A stretch of 64,000 nt of DNA from Candidatus Cloacimonadales bacterium (GCA_963678315.1 OY782781.1:608001-672000), one strand, 5' to 3'. Counted from the stretch's first letter, positions 49,225-58,408 are shown. The notes: generated from the sequence alone by a model not told the origin. Program-made: numbers and translations.

Positions 49225-51081
49225 TTATTTCAATTTAAGAACCTTATAAGATTTTGTTTGTGATGGAGTAGTCATTCTAAAGAAGTAAATGCCACTTGCA
49301 GTCTTATTTCCTTTTGAATCATTACCATTCCATTCGAATGTGTGGTTTCCAGCAGAGAAGCTTTCTCTCTTCACTACTTGCCCTAATAGGTTATAAACAG
49401 TTACACTTGCAGTCTCACCATCTTTAACTCGTAAATCAGCTTGTGTGTTTCCTGCAAATGGTGAAGGATATGGGTTACCTAGAAGTGTTTCTGTAGGAAG
49501 TTGAGGACTATCATCACCAGCTTTAACTTCAACCATGAATGCTTGACTTAGCTCAACTTCATTAGAGAGTTCTCTTGTTTCTAACCAGTAGTAATAAATC
49601 CCTGCTGTTACTTCATCATCTACAAATGAATACTCAGAAGTTTGACTTGTATTATTAGGAGCAATCATTGAGCTGTTAACTCTTACAGAGTTTTCTACAT
49701 TCTCACTTTCAGCTCTAAGCACATTGAAGCCTAAAAGATTTGATTCTGATTCTGTTACCCAGTTGATTGATACATATTCATCAGAGTAGGCTACAGCATT
49801 GAAAGAAGAAAGGGTTACAGGAAGGGTATTATCTTCAAGATTAGTGACAACAATATCTTTCTCACCTTTAGAACCATCATAGTAGTATTCAATGCCAAGT
49901 CCTCCACCTTCTACACCTATCCATTCCACTGCATATACTAACTCATTACCACCAATATATAAATGAGCATTTCCATTTATGATATCATCAGTGAAAAGTT
50001 GTGATTCAATTAATATTGTATAGTCTCCAATAAGATCAAAGTCATAGCTACAAGCCACTAATGGCTGATAATCATAATCTGTTGGAAGTTCTGCTAAAAT
50101 CTGAGGAACATTTGGTATAGCGTTGTCAGGAATTACTATTTCAATATCTGTAATCGGATTTTCTTCAACTGGTGTATCAGGAGCAGCACCAGCTAAAGTG
50201 TAGAAAGTAACTATTTCAGGGTTCTCTGTAGGATAAATTTTAACTAAATCTTTTTCATAAAATGGCTTAACTGAACAGGTGTATGATGTTGAATAATCTA
50301 CCCTACCTTCAAGAGCATAAGAATTGCCATCTACAACATCTATTTGCTCACCATTAAAGATTATTTCATAGCCTCTGTTATATCCTTCTAAGATCGGAAG
50401 TTCATTCCAACTTAAGTATGCGTCTAATCTTACGTTAACTTCATTATTTTGAGGATTAACTATGTCTACAAGAGGACATTCTGGCTCAGGACTATTTTCA
50501 ATATTGAATCTAATATTAGGTTTGTAGTCACTTAAAGTGCCATTACTAGTTGGAAAAGATGCATCCAAATATTTATATACAGAAGAATTATTTACATTAT
50601 CACAAAACCATTTTGGGTATCCACCTGCCCAAGAACCATTTCTGTTTTCCCAATAGATTACAATATTATCTGTTCCATTGTATTCAAAATCATTCATATT
50701 GAAATCAATTTCAAACCAATGCGCAGCAGTTCCATTAAAATTAATATTTCCATCAAATACTTTAGTAGCACCATTCAAAAGAGGATTGTCATAAATACTA
50801 TTACTAAAACTACTCGCAGTTTCGTGCTTAATATATATTGTTTGATTTAGCATTTCATAATTATCTGGACTATTATAAAACTGATATTGTAGCCCAGTTA
50901 TTGTGTTAGCCGTATTTTGTAAATCTTCTGCTTTGTAGATTACTTTTGACCAAGTATAACTATAAAAGCCATAGACAGGAACATATTTACTACTACTTGT
51001 TCCTCCACTACATTCAATAAATTCTGCAAAAAGGGATAGACTAAAAACCATAACAAATATGACTACAACAATTTTCTTCAT
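49225..51081 (-). CDS. Secreted modular protein (paralogue 2) with LPVTLSSF domain and FlgD-Ig/T9SS-like CTD
   Basis: Signal peptide MKKIVV...LFA; AGGAG RBS; homologous to 44214..46502. Confidence 0.85.
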   Translation of the reverse strand: MKKIVVVIFVMVFSLSLFAEFIECSGGTSSSKYVPVYGFYSYTWSKVIYKAEDLQNTANTITGLQYQFYNSPDNYEMLNQTIYIKHETASSFSNSIYDNPLLNGATKVFDGNINFNGTAAHWFEIDFNMNDFEYNGTDNIVIYWENRNGSWAGGYPKWFCDNVNNSSVYKYLDASFPTSNGTLSDYKPNIRFNIENSPEPECPLVDIVNPQNNEVNVRLDAYLSWNELPILEGYNRGYEIIFNGEQIDVVDGNSYALEGRVDYSTSYTCSVKPFYEKDLVKIYPTENPEIVTFYTLAGAAPDTPVEENPITDIEIVIPDNAIPNVPQILAELPTDYDYQPLVACSYDFDLIGDYTILIESQLFTDDIINGNAHLYIGGNELVYAVEWIGVEGGGLGIEYYYDGSKGEKDIVVTNLEDNTLPVTLSSFNAVAYSDEYVSINWVTESESNLLGFNVLRAESENVENSVRVNSSMIAPNNTSQTSEYSFVDDEVTAGIYYYWLETRELSNEVELSQAFMVEVKAGDDSPQLPTETLLGNPYPSPFAGNTQADLRVKDGETASVTVYNLLGQVVKRESFSAGNHTFEWNGNDSKGNKTASGIYFFRMTTPSQTKSYKVLKLK

Positions 51082-51144
51082 AATAACTCCTTTGTTTGTT
51101 TGTTTAAAACTAAATTATTGTTTTACATTCATATTTATCTAATG

Positions 51145-51160
51145 TGCATGATTTAGACCA
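51145..51160 (-). promoter_or_regulatory. Putative sigma54 -24/-12 promoter of paralogue 2
   Basis: Minus strand TGGTCTAAATCATGCA = GG-N10-GC, ~64 nt upstream of ATG. Confidence 0.6.
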
Positions 51161-51310
51161 CCTGGATAAATATTTATATTTTGTTATGTAACAAATATTT
51201 AGCATTTATGAAGATGAAAAATTGTTTTAATCAAGTATAATCAAATCCCGTTTTCGGTATAAGAAAAATCTCAATATCGGGATTTATGCATTTTAATGCT
51301 GAAAATAAGA

Positions 51311-51503
51311 TGAAGTGTAAGCATCCACCGCTAGGTTGAAGGAAGTTCATGCTTATGCAAAGATAAGCCTTCTGTAGAGACGTTTGGAAAAACGTCTCAA
51401 TCGCAAGCGGAATGCTAACAATTTGATGCCGGCTATCCGGCAGTAGCCGGACTAAAGGCACAGCGTTCCCAGTAATAGCAAGCTAAAAGCTTGCAAGCCC
51501 TAG
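51311..51503. repeat. Mosaic REP-like array 6: E, C, partial F, B, F
   Basis: 51311-51408 repeats 44096-44193; 51419-51503 repeats 49140-49223. Confidence 0.9.
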
Positions 51504-52280
51504 CTACTTAGCTCTTTTAAGTAAATTATTAATTCTTTCTTGTGAAAGCTTATTAGACCACAATCCTTCTTCTTTAACATAAGAACCAACTATAACTGCA
51601 TCGGCGTATTGAAGATAAGATTTGATATTATCAGCATTAATACCTGAACCGATCAAGACAGGGATACTAACAGCAGATTTCACAGCTTTAAGCTCTTCTA
51701 TATCAGCACTTACACCTGTAGAAATGCCTGTTACGATAAGGCCATCTGCGTTAAAGAACTGAGCAGCTTTAGCAGTTTCAACAATATCGACATCAGCAGT
51801 AATTGCATGAGCTGAATGTTTCTTCTTGATATCAACAATAACTTTTACATTATCAGCACCTATCTGTTTGCGATAGCGTAATAATTCACCTGCACAAGAA
51901 TTCATTAATCCTTCATCTGCAACATGAGAGAAAACAAAGCCTTCAGCCCTGATAAAATCAGCTCCAGAAGTATAAGCTACAGCAAGAGCTTCTTTGTTAG
52001 CTCCTGCCAGAATTTGTATGCCAAGATTTATATCAAATCTTTTCTTTAATTCATAAGCTAATATTGCCATTGAGGAAGTTATCTCAGGTCCAACGCTATT
52101 GAGCAAATAGGGGGTGTCATGCATGTTTTCTATTATCAGACTAGTGATACCACTATTTAGATAAATTTCAGCCTCTCTTAAGCTAAAATCGATGATTTCT
52201 TGCATTGATTTGTGGTTACGGGGAGTACCAGGTAAAGCTTGAACATGCAACATGCTAATTATATCTTTGTTTAATTTCAT
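51504..52280 (-). CDS. BtpA/SgcQ family TIM-barrel protein
   Basis: MLHVQALPGTP, IENMHDTPY, DIKKKH, ADGLIVTG; start probably 52280. Confidence 0.88.
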   Translation of the reverse strand: MKLNKDIISMLHVQALPGTPRNHKSMQEIIDFSLREAEIYLNSGITSLIIENMHDTPYLLNSVGPEITSSMAILAYELKKRFDINLGIQILAGANKEALAVAYTSGADFIRAEGFVFSHVADEGLMNSCAGELLRYRKQIGADNVKVIVDIKKKHSAHAITADVDIVETAKAAQFFNADGLIVTGISTGVSADIEELKAVKSAVSIPVLIGSGINADNIKSYLQYADAVIVGSYVKEEGLWSNKLSQERINNLLKRAK

Positions 52281-52315
52281 TGTATTTCCTTTTTGTAACA
52301 TCCAGCTATCTTAAT

Positions 52316-52492
52316 GTAGAGACGCTTCATAGGTGCGTCTAAAAATAACGGTGCAAGAAGAATCGCAGTCTAGAAGACTGCAACCCATAAAGCACTGGGA
52401 GTGTAAGCTTCCAGCTTACGCAAAAGAATCGCATTCACGATGAATGCAACCCATAAAGCACTGGGAGTGTAAGCTTCCAGCTTACGCAAAAG
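52316..52492. repeat. Mosaic REP-like array 7: C-like hairpin plus two 66-bp tandem units of back-to-back F-type hairpins
   Basis: AACCCATAAAGCACTGGGAGTGTAAGCTTCCAGCTTACGCAAAAG occurs twice with a 66-bp period. Confidence 0.9.
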
Positions 52493-52499
52493 CATAATC

Positions 52500-53552
52500 T
52501 TATAGTAATTTATCGTTATTTTCTTTAAGGTATTCTACTACTTTTTTAACGTCTTCTGATCTATCCTTTTTAGATAGCAGAATAGCATCATCTGTCTCAA
52601 TTAAGACAAGGTTCTCAACTCCAATTAGAGAAACAAACTTCTTACTTCTAATGTAGTTACCTCTGGCTTCTATTGTAAAATGTTCTGCTTCAAAAGTGTT
52701 GTCATCTTCATCAATTTTAGAAATATCTGCTAAAGCTCTCCAAGAACCGACATCACTCCAACCTAAATCAACAGGAAGAACTACTCTCTTTTCTGCTTTT
52801 TCCATAATACCAATATCAACTGGGATTTTAGGCATTTTAGCGTATAAATGAGAGATATCAGCATCTAATCCCTGCTCTTTCCACACTGTACTTATCTTAT
52901 CAAGAACTTCCACTACTTGAGGAAGACATTTCTTATAGTTGTTTTCGATAGTTTCAATAGTCCAGGCAAACATACCACTATTCCAGAAGAAGTTTCCTGC
53001 TTGAATGAACTCTTGAGCAAGCTCATAATTAGGCTTTTCTTTAAACTTAGAAACTTGGTAGCAAGTATCACTAAGCTTATCTCCAGCTTCGATATAACCA
53101 TAGCCTGTGGCAGGATAAGTTGGAATAATACCAAAAGTAACAAGGTTATTATCCTCAGCAGGTTTTTCAGCATTATACATGCTTTCCCAGAAGGCATCTA
53201 TTTTAGTTATAAGATGGTCAGCAGGTAATACTACCATAGTTTCATTAGCTTGAGCAAAGAGCTTAACATAAGCATAACTGAGGCCGATACATGGAGCTGT
53301 ATTCATACCAAAAGGTTCAGCAATGATGTTTTCAACTGGAAGTTCATTAAGATGTTCTTTAACTAAATGAACTTGTGATTGAGCTGTTACAACGAAGATT
53401 TTCTCTTTAGGAAGCTTTTCTAGAAGTCTATCCATTGTTAATCTAATCATAGATTTAGAGCCAACAACTTCTAGGAATTGTTTAGGTTTAACTTTTCTAC
53501 TTTGTGGCCAAAAACGAGTACCTGAACCACCAGCCATAATGACAGCAATCAT
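52500..53552 (-). CDS. manC: Mannose-1-phosphate guanylyltransferase
   Basis: MAGGSGTRFWPQSR, LPADH, FKEKP, WNSGMF, WSDVGSW. Confidence 0.93.
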   Translation of the reverse strand: MIAVIMAGGSGTRFWPQSRKVKPKQFLEVVGSKSMIRLTMDRLLEKLPKEKIFVVTAQSQVHLVKEHLNELPVENIIAEPFGMNTAPCIGLSYAYVKLFAQANETMVVLPADHLITKIDAFWESMYNAEKPAEDNNLVTFGIIPTYPATGYGYIEAGDKLSDTCYQVSKFKEKPNYELAQEFIQAGNFFWNSGMFAWTIETIENNYKKCLPQVVEVLDKISTVWKEQGLDADISHLYAKMPKIPVDIGIMEKAEKRVVLPVDLGWSDVGSWRALADISKIDEDDNTFEAEHFTIEARGNYIRSKKFVSLIGVENLVLIETDDAILLSKKDRSEDVKKVVEYLKENNDKLL

Positions 53553-53575
53553 ACTTTACCTCCATGGTTTAAATT

Positions 53576-54211
53576 TTATCTATAGTTAACTATTTTAGTC
53601 TCTTCATTGATATCTAAGAGCCATCTTTCTTTAGGAATTTCCTTATTAATCTTGATGTTTATCAAATCTAATGTAATCCAATTACTAGAATCATCAGCAT
53701 ATTTTATCTGGTGAACTAAGAAGTTATCACCATTAATGGTAAATATAACCTCTTGAATATTGCTTAATTTATTTTCTTCAGTTAAGACTAATCTAACCTG
53801 ATATTGCTTGTTTTCTTCACTAAGGATTGTAATGTTATCATCGTCCCAGTAGTTATTAATAAAGTAACCAACATTCAGTGATACAAGGGAAGAATCTGCA
53901 TAGGTTTGATAAAGAGTATTCTCTGAAGCTTGATAATAGTCTATCTTGTTTTCGTGAAAGAGGATCTGCTCTATTTCAGGGTCATAATAACGTAAACTTA
54001 ATAGGTCATTATTATAGTACAAATCACCATTAGACTCTCTCTCGATGCCTATCTCTTCATAATAAGCAGTTTGTCTTATCTGAGCTTGAAAAGATTCAAT
54101 AGAAGCATATTTATCATTAAGTAGACTATGTAACTGATCTTTATCTATTGCTTTTAAACTTACTGTTATAATTAGGATTGCTAAAACTAGCTTAAAATTC
54201 TTCAATACCAT
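53576..54211 (-). CDS. lolA: Outer-membrane lipoprotein carrier LolA-like protein
   Basis: Signal peptide, SFQAQIRQ...G.LYY pattern, directly downstream of ftsK. Confidence 0.65.
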   Translation of the reverse strand: MVLKNFKLVLAILIITVSLKAIDKDQLHSLLNDKYASIESFQAQIRQTAYYEEIGIERESNGDLYYNNDLLSLRYYDPEIEQILFHENKIDYYQASENTLYQTYADSSLVSLNVGYFINNYWDDDNITILSEENKQYQVRLVLTEENKLSNIQEVIFTINGDNFLVHQIKYADDSSNWITLDLINIKINKEIPKERWLLDINEETKIVNYR

Positions 54212-56579
54212 AAACTTTTAAATCCTCCATTGTTGCAGTTACTTCTCTTGATTTAGAACCCTTATGTGGTCCAACTATATTAGCCCTTTCGAGCATGTCG
54301 ATTAATCTTCCAGCTCTGGCATAGCCTATTTTGAAGCTTCTTTGTAGCATAGAAACAGAGGCCATTCCAGAAGAAACTACCATTCTAGCAGCTTCTGGGA
54401 AAAGTTCATCATCATAATCAAACTCTTCATCAAATTCATCAGAACTTGCTACAATCTTCTCCATTCTAAAGGCAGGTTTTGGTTGTGTTTCAAGATAATC
54501 TACAATATTATTGATTTCTGCATCTGATACATAAGCTCCATGTATTCTTTGCAGTTTAGACGTTCCAGGTGGAATAAATAGCATATCACCTTTACCAAGA
54601 AGCTTTTCAGCTCCCATCTCATCAAGAATAACGCGAGAGTCGATTCTAGAAGAAACTTGGAAGGCAATTCTTGCTGGGAAGTTAGCCTTGATATTACCAG
54701 TAATTACCTTACTGGAAGGTCTTTGAGTTGCCAAGATGATATGCATGCCAACCGCACGAGCCATTTGAGCAAGCCTTGCTATAGGAAGTTCAATCTCTTT
54801 ACCGGCTGTCATGATTAAATCAGCAAATTCATCAACAATAATGACTATGAAAGGCATTTTACTTTTATAATTAACATCTGTGCTTTCAAGCTTAGCATTC
54901 ATCTTTTCTACTTTCTTATTGTAGCTCTTTCTATCTCTAACACCTAAAGCCTGCAAGGATTCATAACGTCTTTCCATCTCCTCAACAGCCCATCTAAAGG
55001 TCTCTAGAGCTTCTTCTGGGTCAGTAACTACATCAGTCCATAGATGAGGAATAGATGCATATCCAGCCAGTTCTACACGCTTAGGATCTATCATAATCAT
55101 TCTTACTTCATCAGGAGTAGTTCTAAGCAATAAACTTGTGATAATAGTGTTGATACAGACAGATTTACCAGATCCTGTAGCACCAGCAATAAGAAGATGA
55201 GGCATCTTAGCAAGGTCAGCTACTACTGCCCTTCCAGAGATGTCTTTACCCAAGCCTATAGTTAAAGTATTATCATTGTGCTTTAACTCATCAGAAAGAA
55301 GAATCTCTTTTAGGAAGATTACATCTCTATGCTTGTTGGGGATTTCAATACCAACAAGCCCACGACCTGGGATAGGAGCTTGAATACGTATAGAAGAAGC
55401 CTTTAAAGCTAGACCTAAGTCATCAGCATAAGAATTGAACTTGTTAACCTTAACTCCAGAAGCAGGCTTTAGCTCATACTGGGTGATGATTGGACCTATA
55501 TTAACATTCACAACTTCGGCTTCAATACCAAATTCAGCAAGCTTATTCTGCAAGATAACACTAGTTTGCTTAATATTCTTTTCAATCTCTTTCTTATCAA
55601 AATCATTAGGAATATTTTCTATTTCTAAGAACTTATTAACATCAGGTTTAATATACTTAGCTTTCTTACCATCAGCTCCTTGAATGTGGTCAGGAGAACT
55701 CTTTTTAACCTTCATCAAAACAGTCTTTTCTGGTTCAGTTATATTGAAGTCTCCCTTCTTTCCTCTGGGAGTAGAAGCTTCTTGTTCAATGATATCTGTA
55801 ATATCAGCATCATCTACCTTATCTGCTGGAGCCTCTAAATAATCAACTCGACTGTTAGCTATTGTAGGACTAGGCTTCTTGTCAGTAGAGAAGCGTCTAT
55901 CTTTCTTGATATCAGGGTCATCTTCTATCTCAACAGACTTCTTATCTTTACTTGCTTTATTCTTATGAAAAATAGGAGCAAATATAGTCTTCATTACCGA
56001 GAAGAAAACCTGTTTAACAGGTTCCCAACCAAAGATTAAAAGTATATCTAAAATAGCAATTATCAATAGAAAAGCTACTGTTCCATTACTACCTATAATC
56101 TTACCCAAAAAAGTATCTATTCCATAGGCTACATAACCAATGAGCACCTTAGAACTTGTAATATAAAAATGGCTAAAAAGTAAATGTACAAAGAAAAGCA
56201 ATCCCATAACTAAATTAATGTTATGAACTATTACAGAATCCTCTTTATGGAACAATTTAGTAAAATTAATAGCAACTAAAGAGAGCATTAAAGCTATTGC
56301 AAAATAATGCCCAATCGAAATTGATACTAAGAAACCAAAGATTGCACCAAATATTCCTACAGGATTAGAAAATGGCTGTGCTTCAGCAGAAAAGCTATCC
56401 CACAAACCCATGTCGTGTAAGATATTGAAGTCCTCTTGTAAGGTAGTGCTGCTTACCAATAATGAATAAGTAACAAGCGAACATACCAAGATTAAGGCTA
56501 TTCTAAGAATCTTTATATATAGTTTATTCCCTCTAATCTTTTCAACTTTTTTAGATGCACTGCTCTTAGTTCTTGCCAT
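54192..56579 (-). CDS. ftsK: DNA translocase FtsK
   Basis: N-terminal TM region; MPHLLIAGATGSGKS, IDPK, ATQRPS, gamma domain IGYARAGRLID. Confidence 0.96.
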   Translation of the reverse strand: MARTKSSASKKVEKIRGNKLYIKILRIALILVCSLVTYSLLVSSTTLQEDFNILHDMGLWDSFSAEAQPFSNPVGIFGAIFGFLVSISIGHYFAIALMLSLVAINFTKLFHKEDSVIVHNINLVMGLLFFVHLLFSHFYITSSKVLIGYVAYGIDTFLGKIIGSNGTVAFLLIIAILDILLIFGWEPVKQVFFSVMKTIFAPIFHKNKASKDKKSVEIEDDPDIKKDRRFSTDKKPSPTIANSRVDYLEAPADKVDDADITDIIEQEASTPRGKKGDFNITEPEKTVLMKVKKSSPDHIQGADGKKAKYIKPDVNKFLEIENIPNDFDKKEIEKNIKQTSVILQNKLAEFGIEAEVVNVNIGPIITQYELKPASGVKVNKFNSYADDLGLALKASSIRIQAPIPGRGLVGIEIPNKHRDVIFLKEILLSDELKHNDNTLTIGLGKDISGRAVVADLAKMPHLLIAGATGSGKSVCINTIITSLLLRTTPDEVRMIMIDPKRVELAGYASIPHLWTDVVTDPEEALETFRWAVEEMERRYESLQALGVRDRKSYNKKVEKMNAKLESTDVNYKSKMPFIVIIVDEFADLIMTAGKEIELPIARLAQMARAVGMHIILATQRPSSKVITGNIKANFPARIAFQVSSRIDSRVILDEMGAEKLLGKGDMLFIPPGTSKLQRIHGAYVSDAEINNIVDYLETQPKPAFRMEKIVASSDEFDEEFDYDDELFPEAARMVVSSGMASVSMLQRSFKIGYARAGRLIDMLERANIVGPHKGSKSREVTATMEDLKVYGIEEF

Positions 56580-56594
56580 TAAAATATTCCTCGT

Positions 56595-57674
56595 TTATAC
56601 GTTGAATCTAATATTTAATATATCACCGTCTTTTACTATGTATGTCTTGCCTTCTAAACGGAATAAACCTTTATCTCTTACTGCTTTTTCAGAACCGTGT
56701 TCCATTAAATCAGTATAATTGAAACACTCAGCTCTAATAAAACCTCTAGCTAAATCAGAATGAATCTTACCAGCAGCTTCTACAGCATTATCCTTCTGTT
56801 CAATAGTCCATGCTCTAACTTCATCTGTTCCTACAGTAAAGAAAGAAATGTAACCTAATACATCATAAGAGAACTTAGTAAGTGTATCACGAGCTGATTC
56901 TGTAATTCCCATGTCTTCCATGAAGACTTCACGTTCTTCATCATCCAGACTATTGAGTTCAGCTTCAAACTTGCCAGCAAACTCCAATGATGGATAAAGA
57001 GCTTTAAGTTCTTCTAGAAGCTCAGCATTCTCATTGTAATTATTCTCATCTGAATTAAGTATGACAAGTAAAGGCTTTTGACTTACAAACTGGAAACCTC
57101 TAATAGCTTTTTCTTCTTCTTCAGGAAGCTCTAAGGTTCTAATAGGCTTATCTTCATTCAAATGTGCTATGATAGCATTAATTGCTTTTTCTTCAATCTG
57201 TAAGGCAGGAGTTTTGATACCACGCTTGTAGCTTAAAGCTATCTTCTCAAGCCTCTTTTCAGCAATAATCAAATCAGAAATAATCATTTCTGCTTCTATA
57301 GTTTCAACTTCACTCTTAGGGTCAGGAGAACCATACATCTCATCTAGGACAGGGTCTGAAAAGTTCCTAGCTACTAATGCTAAGGCATCAGTATTCTTTA
57401 ATAAAACCATACCTTGACCTGACATTAACTCCTGAGAACCGTCACTCTTGGAAACACCAGCAAAATCTATGTATTCTATAGTAGCATAAATTGTCTTCTT
57501 AGGATTATACATCTCAGACAATTTAGTTATTCTTTCATCTATAACATTTATAATTGATTGGTTTGGCTCTGTATCCCCCATGCCATAAGCACTTGTTTCA
57601 ATATTCATGCCTGTAAGAGCATTGAAGATTGTAGTTTTACCTGTCTTTGGTAAGCCAATTAATCCTATCTTCAT
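56595..57674 (-). CDS. ychF: Obg-like ATPase YchF
   Basis: GLPKTGKTT, FFTVG.DEVRAW, AAGKIHSD, RLEGKTY. Confidence 0.93.
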   Translation of the reverse strand: MKIGLIGLPKTGKTTIFNALTGMNIETSAYGMGDTEPNQSIINVIDERITKLSEMYNPKKTIYATIEYIDFAGVSKSDGSQELMSGQGMVLLKNTDALALVARNFSDPVLDEMYGSPDPKSEVETIEAEMIISDLIIAEKRLEKIALSYKRGIKTPALQIEEKAINAIIAHLNEDKPIRTLELPEEEEKAIRGFQFVSQKPLLVILNSDENNYNENAELLEELKALYPSLEFAGKFEAELNSLDDEEREVFMEDMGITESARDTLTKFSYDVLGYISFFTVGTDEVRAWTIEQKDNAVEAAGKIHSDLARGFIRAECFNYTDLMEHGSEKAVRDKGLFRLEGKTYIVKDGDILNIRFNV

Positions 57675-57689
57675 CTTTATTCCACCTAT

Positions 57690-58406
57690 TTATTTTAATT
57701 TATCTTCTTTTAAATATCTAATTTCGCTTCTAGTCAAGAATCTCCAATTACCAATCTCCAGTTTTCCTATCTTAATTTCACCAATTTGGGTTCTCTTTAG
57801 ACTAATAACTTTAGATTCTACAACTTCAAGCATACGTCTAATCTGACGTTTCTTTCCTTCTTTAATAACCATTTTAAGGGTTGACTTGGTATCACTCTTC
57901 TTACGAACATAAACACCTGCAGGCTGGGTAGTACAATCTCCTATATCAACCCCCTCCCTTAATTGGCTTATCTGCTTCTTAGAGAGTGTTCCTCTGACTA
58001 CAACCCTGTATGTTTTATCTAGCTTATATTTAGGATGAAGTATTTTATTAGCTAAATCACCATCATTAGTTAGAATGATTAATCCCTCAGAATTTCTATC
58101 AAGCCTTCCTACTGGCTTTAAATCAAAGAATTCAGCAGGTAATAAATCATAGACAGTTTTACGCCCGTACTCATCTGATCTAGTAACAACAAAGCCCTTT
58201 GGCTTGTTAAGCAATAGATACTGAATAGGTTTATCAAGAGTAACTAACTTCCCATTAACCTTGACTACATCTGTTTCAATTTCAATGACTGTTGATAAAT
58301 CAGTACATACTTTCCCATTAACTTTAACAGCTCCAGAACTAACAAGGTCATCAGCCTTACGTCTTGATTCACCAGTGCATTTTGCAATGTATTTATTTAT
58401 TCTCAT
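57690..58406 (-). CDS. RsuA/RluB-family pseudouridine synthase
   Basis: S4 domain, LNKPKG, VGRLD, EGKKRQIRRM. Confidence 0.92.
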   Translation of the reverse strand: MRINKYIAKCTGESRRKADDLVSSGAVKVNGKVCTDLSTVIEIETDVVKVNGKLVTLDKPIQYLLLNKPKGFVVTRSDEYGRKTVYDLLPAEFFDLKPVGRLDRNSEGLIILTNDGDLANKILHPKYKLDKTYRVVVRGTLSKKQISQLREGVDIGDCTTQPAGVYVRKKSDTKSTLKMVIKEGKKRQIRRMLEVVESKVISLKRTQIGEIKIGKLEIGNWRFLTRSEIRYLKEDKLK

Positions 58407-58408
58407 CT

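Noticed and set aside
44214..49827. Diversity-generating retroelement TR/VR pair
   Set aside because: Differences are mostly synonymous and not adenine-specific, both copies are coding, and no reverse transcriptase is present
44096..51503. Integron with attC sites
   Set aside because: No RYYYAAC...GTTRRRY boundaries recognised, genes have their own promoters, and there is no integrase in the window
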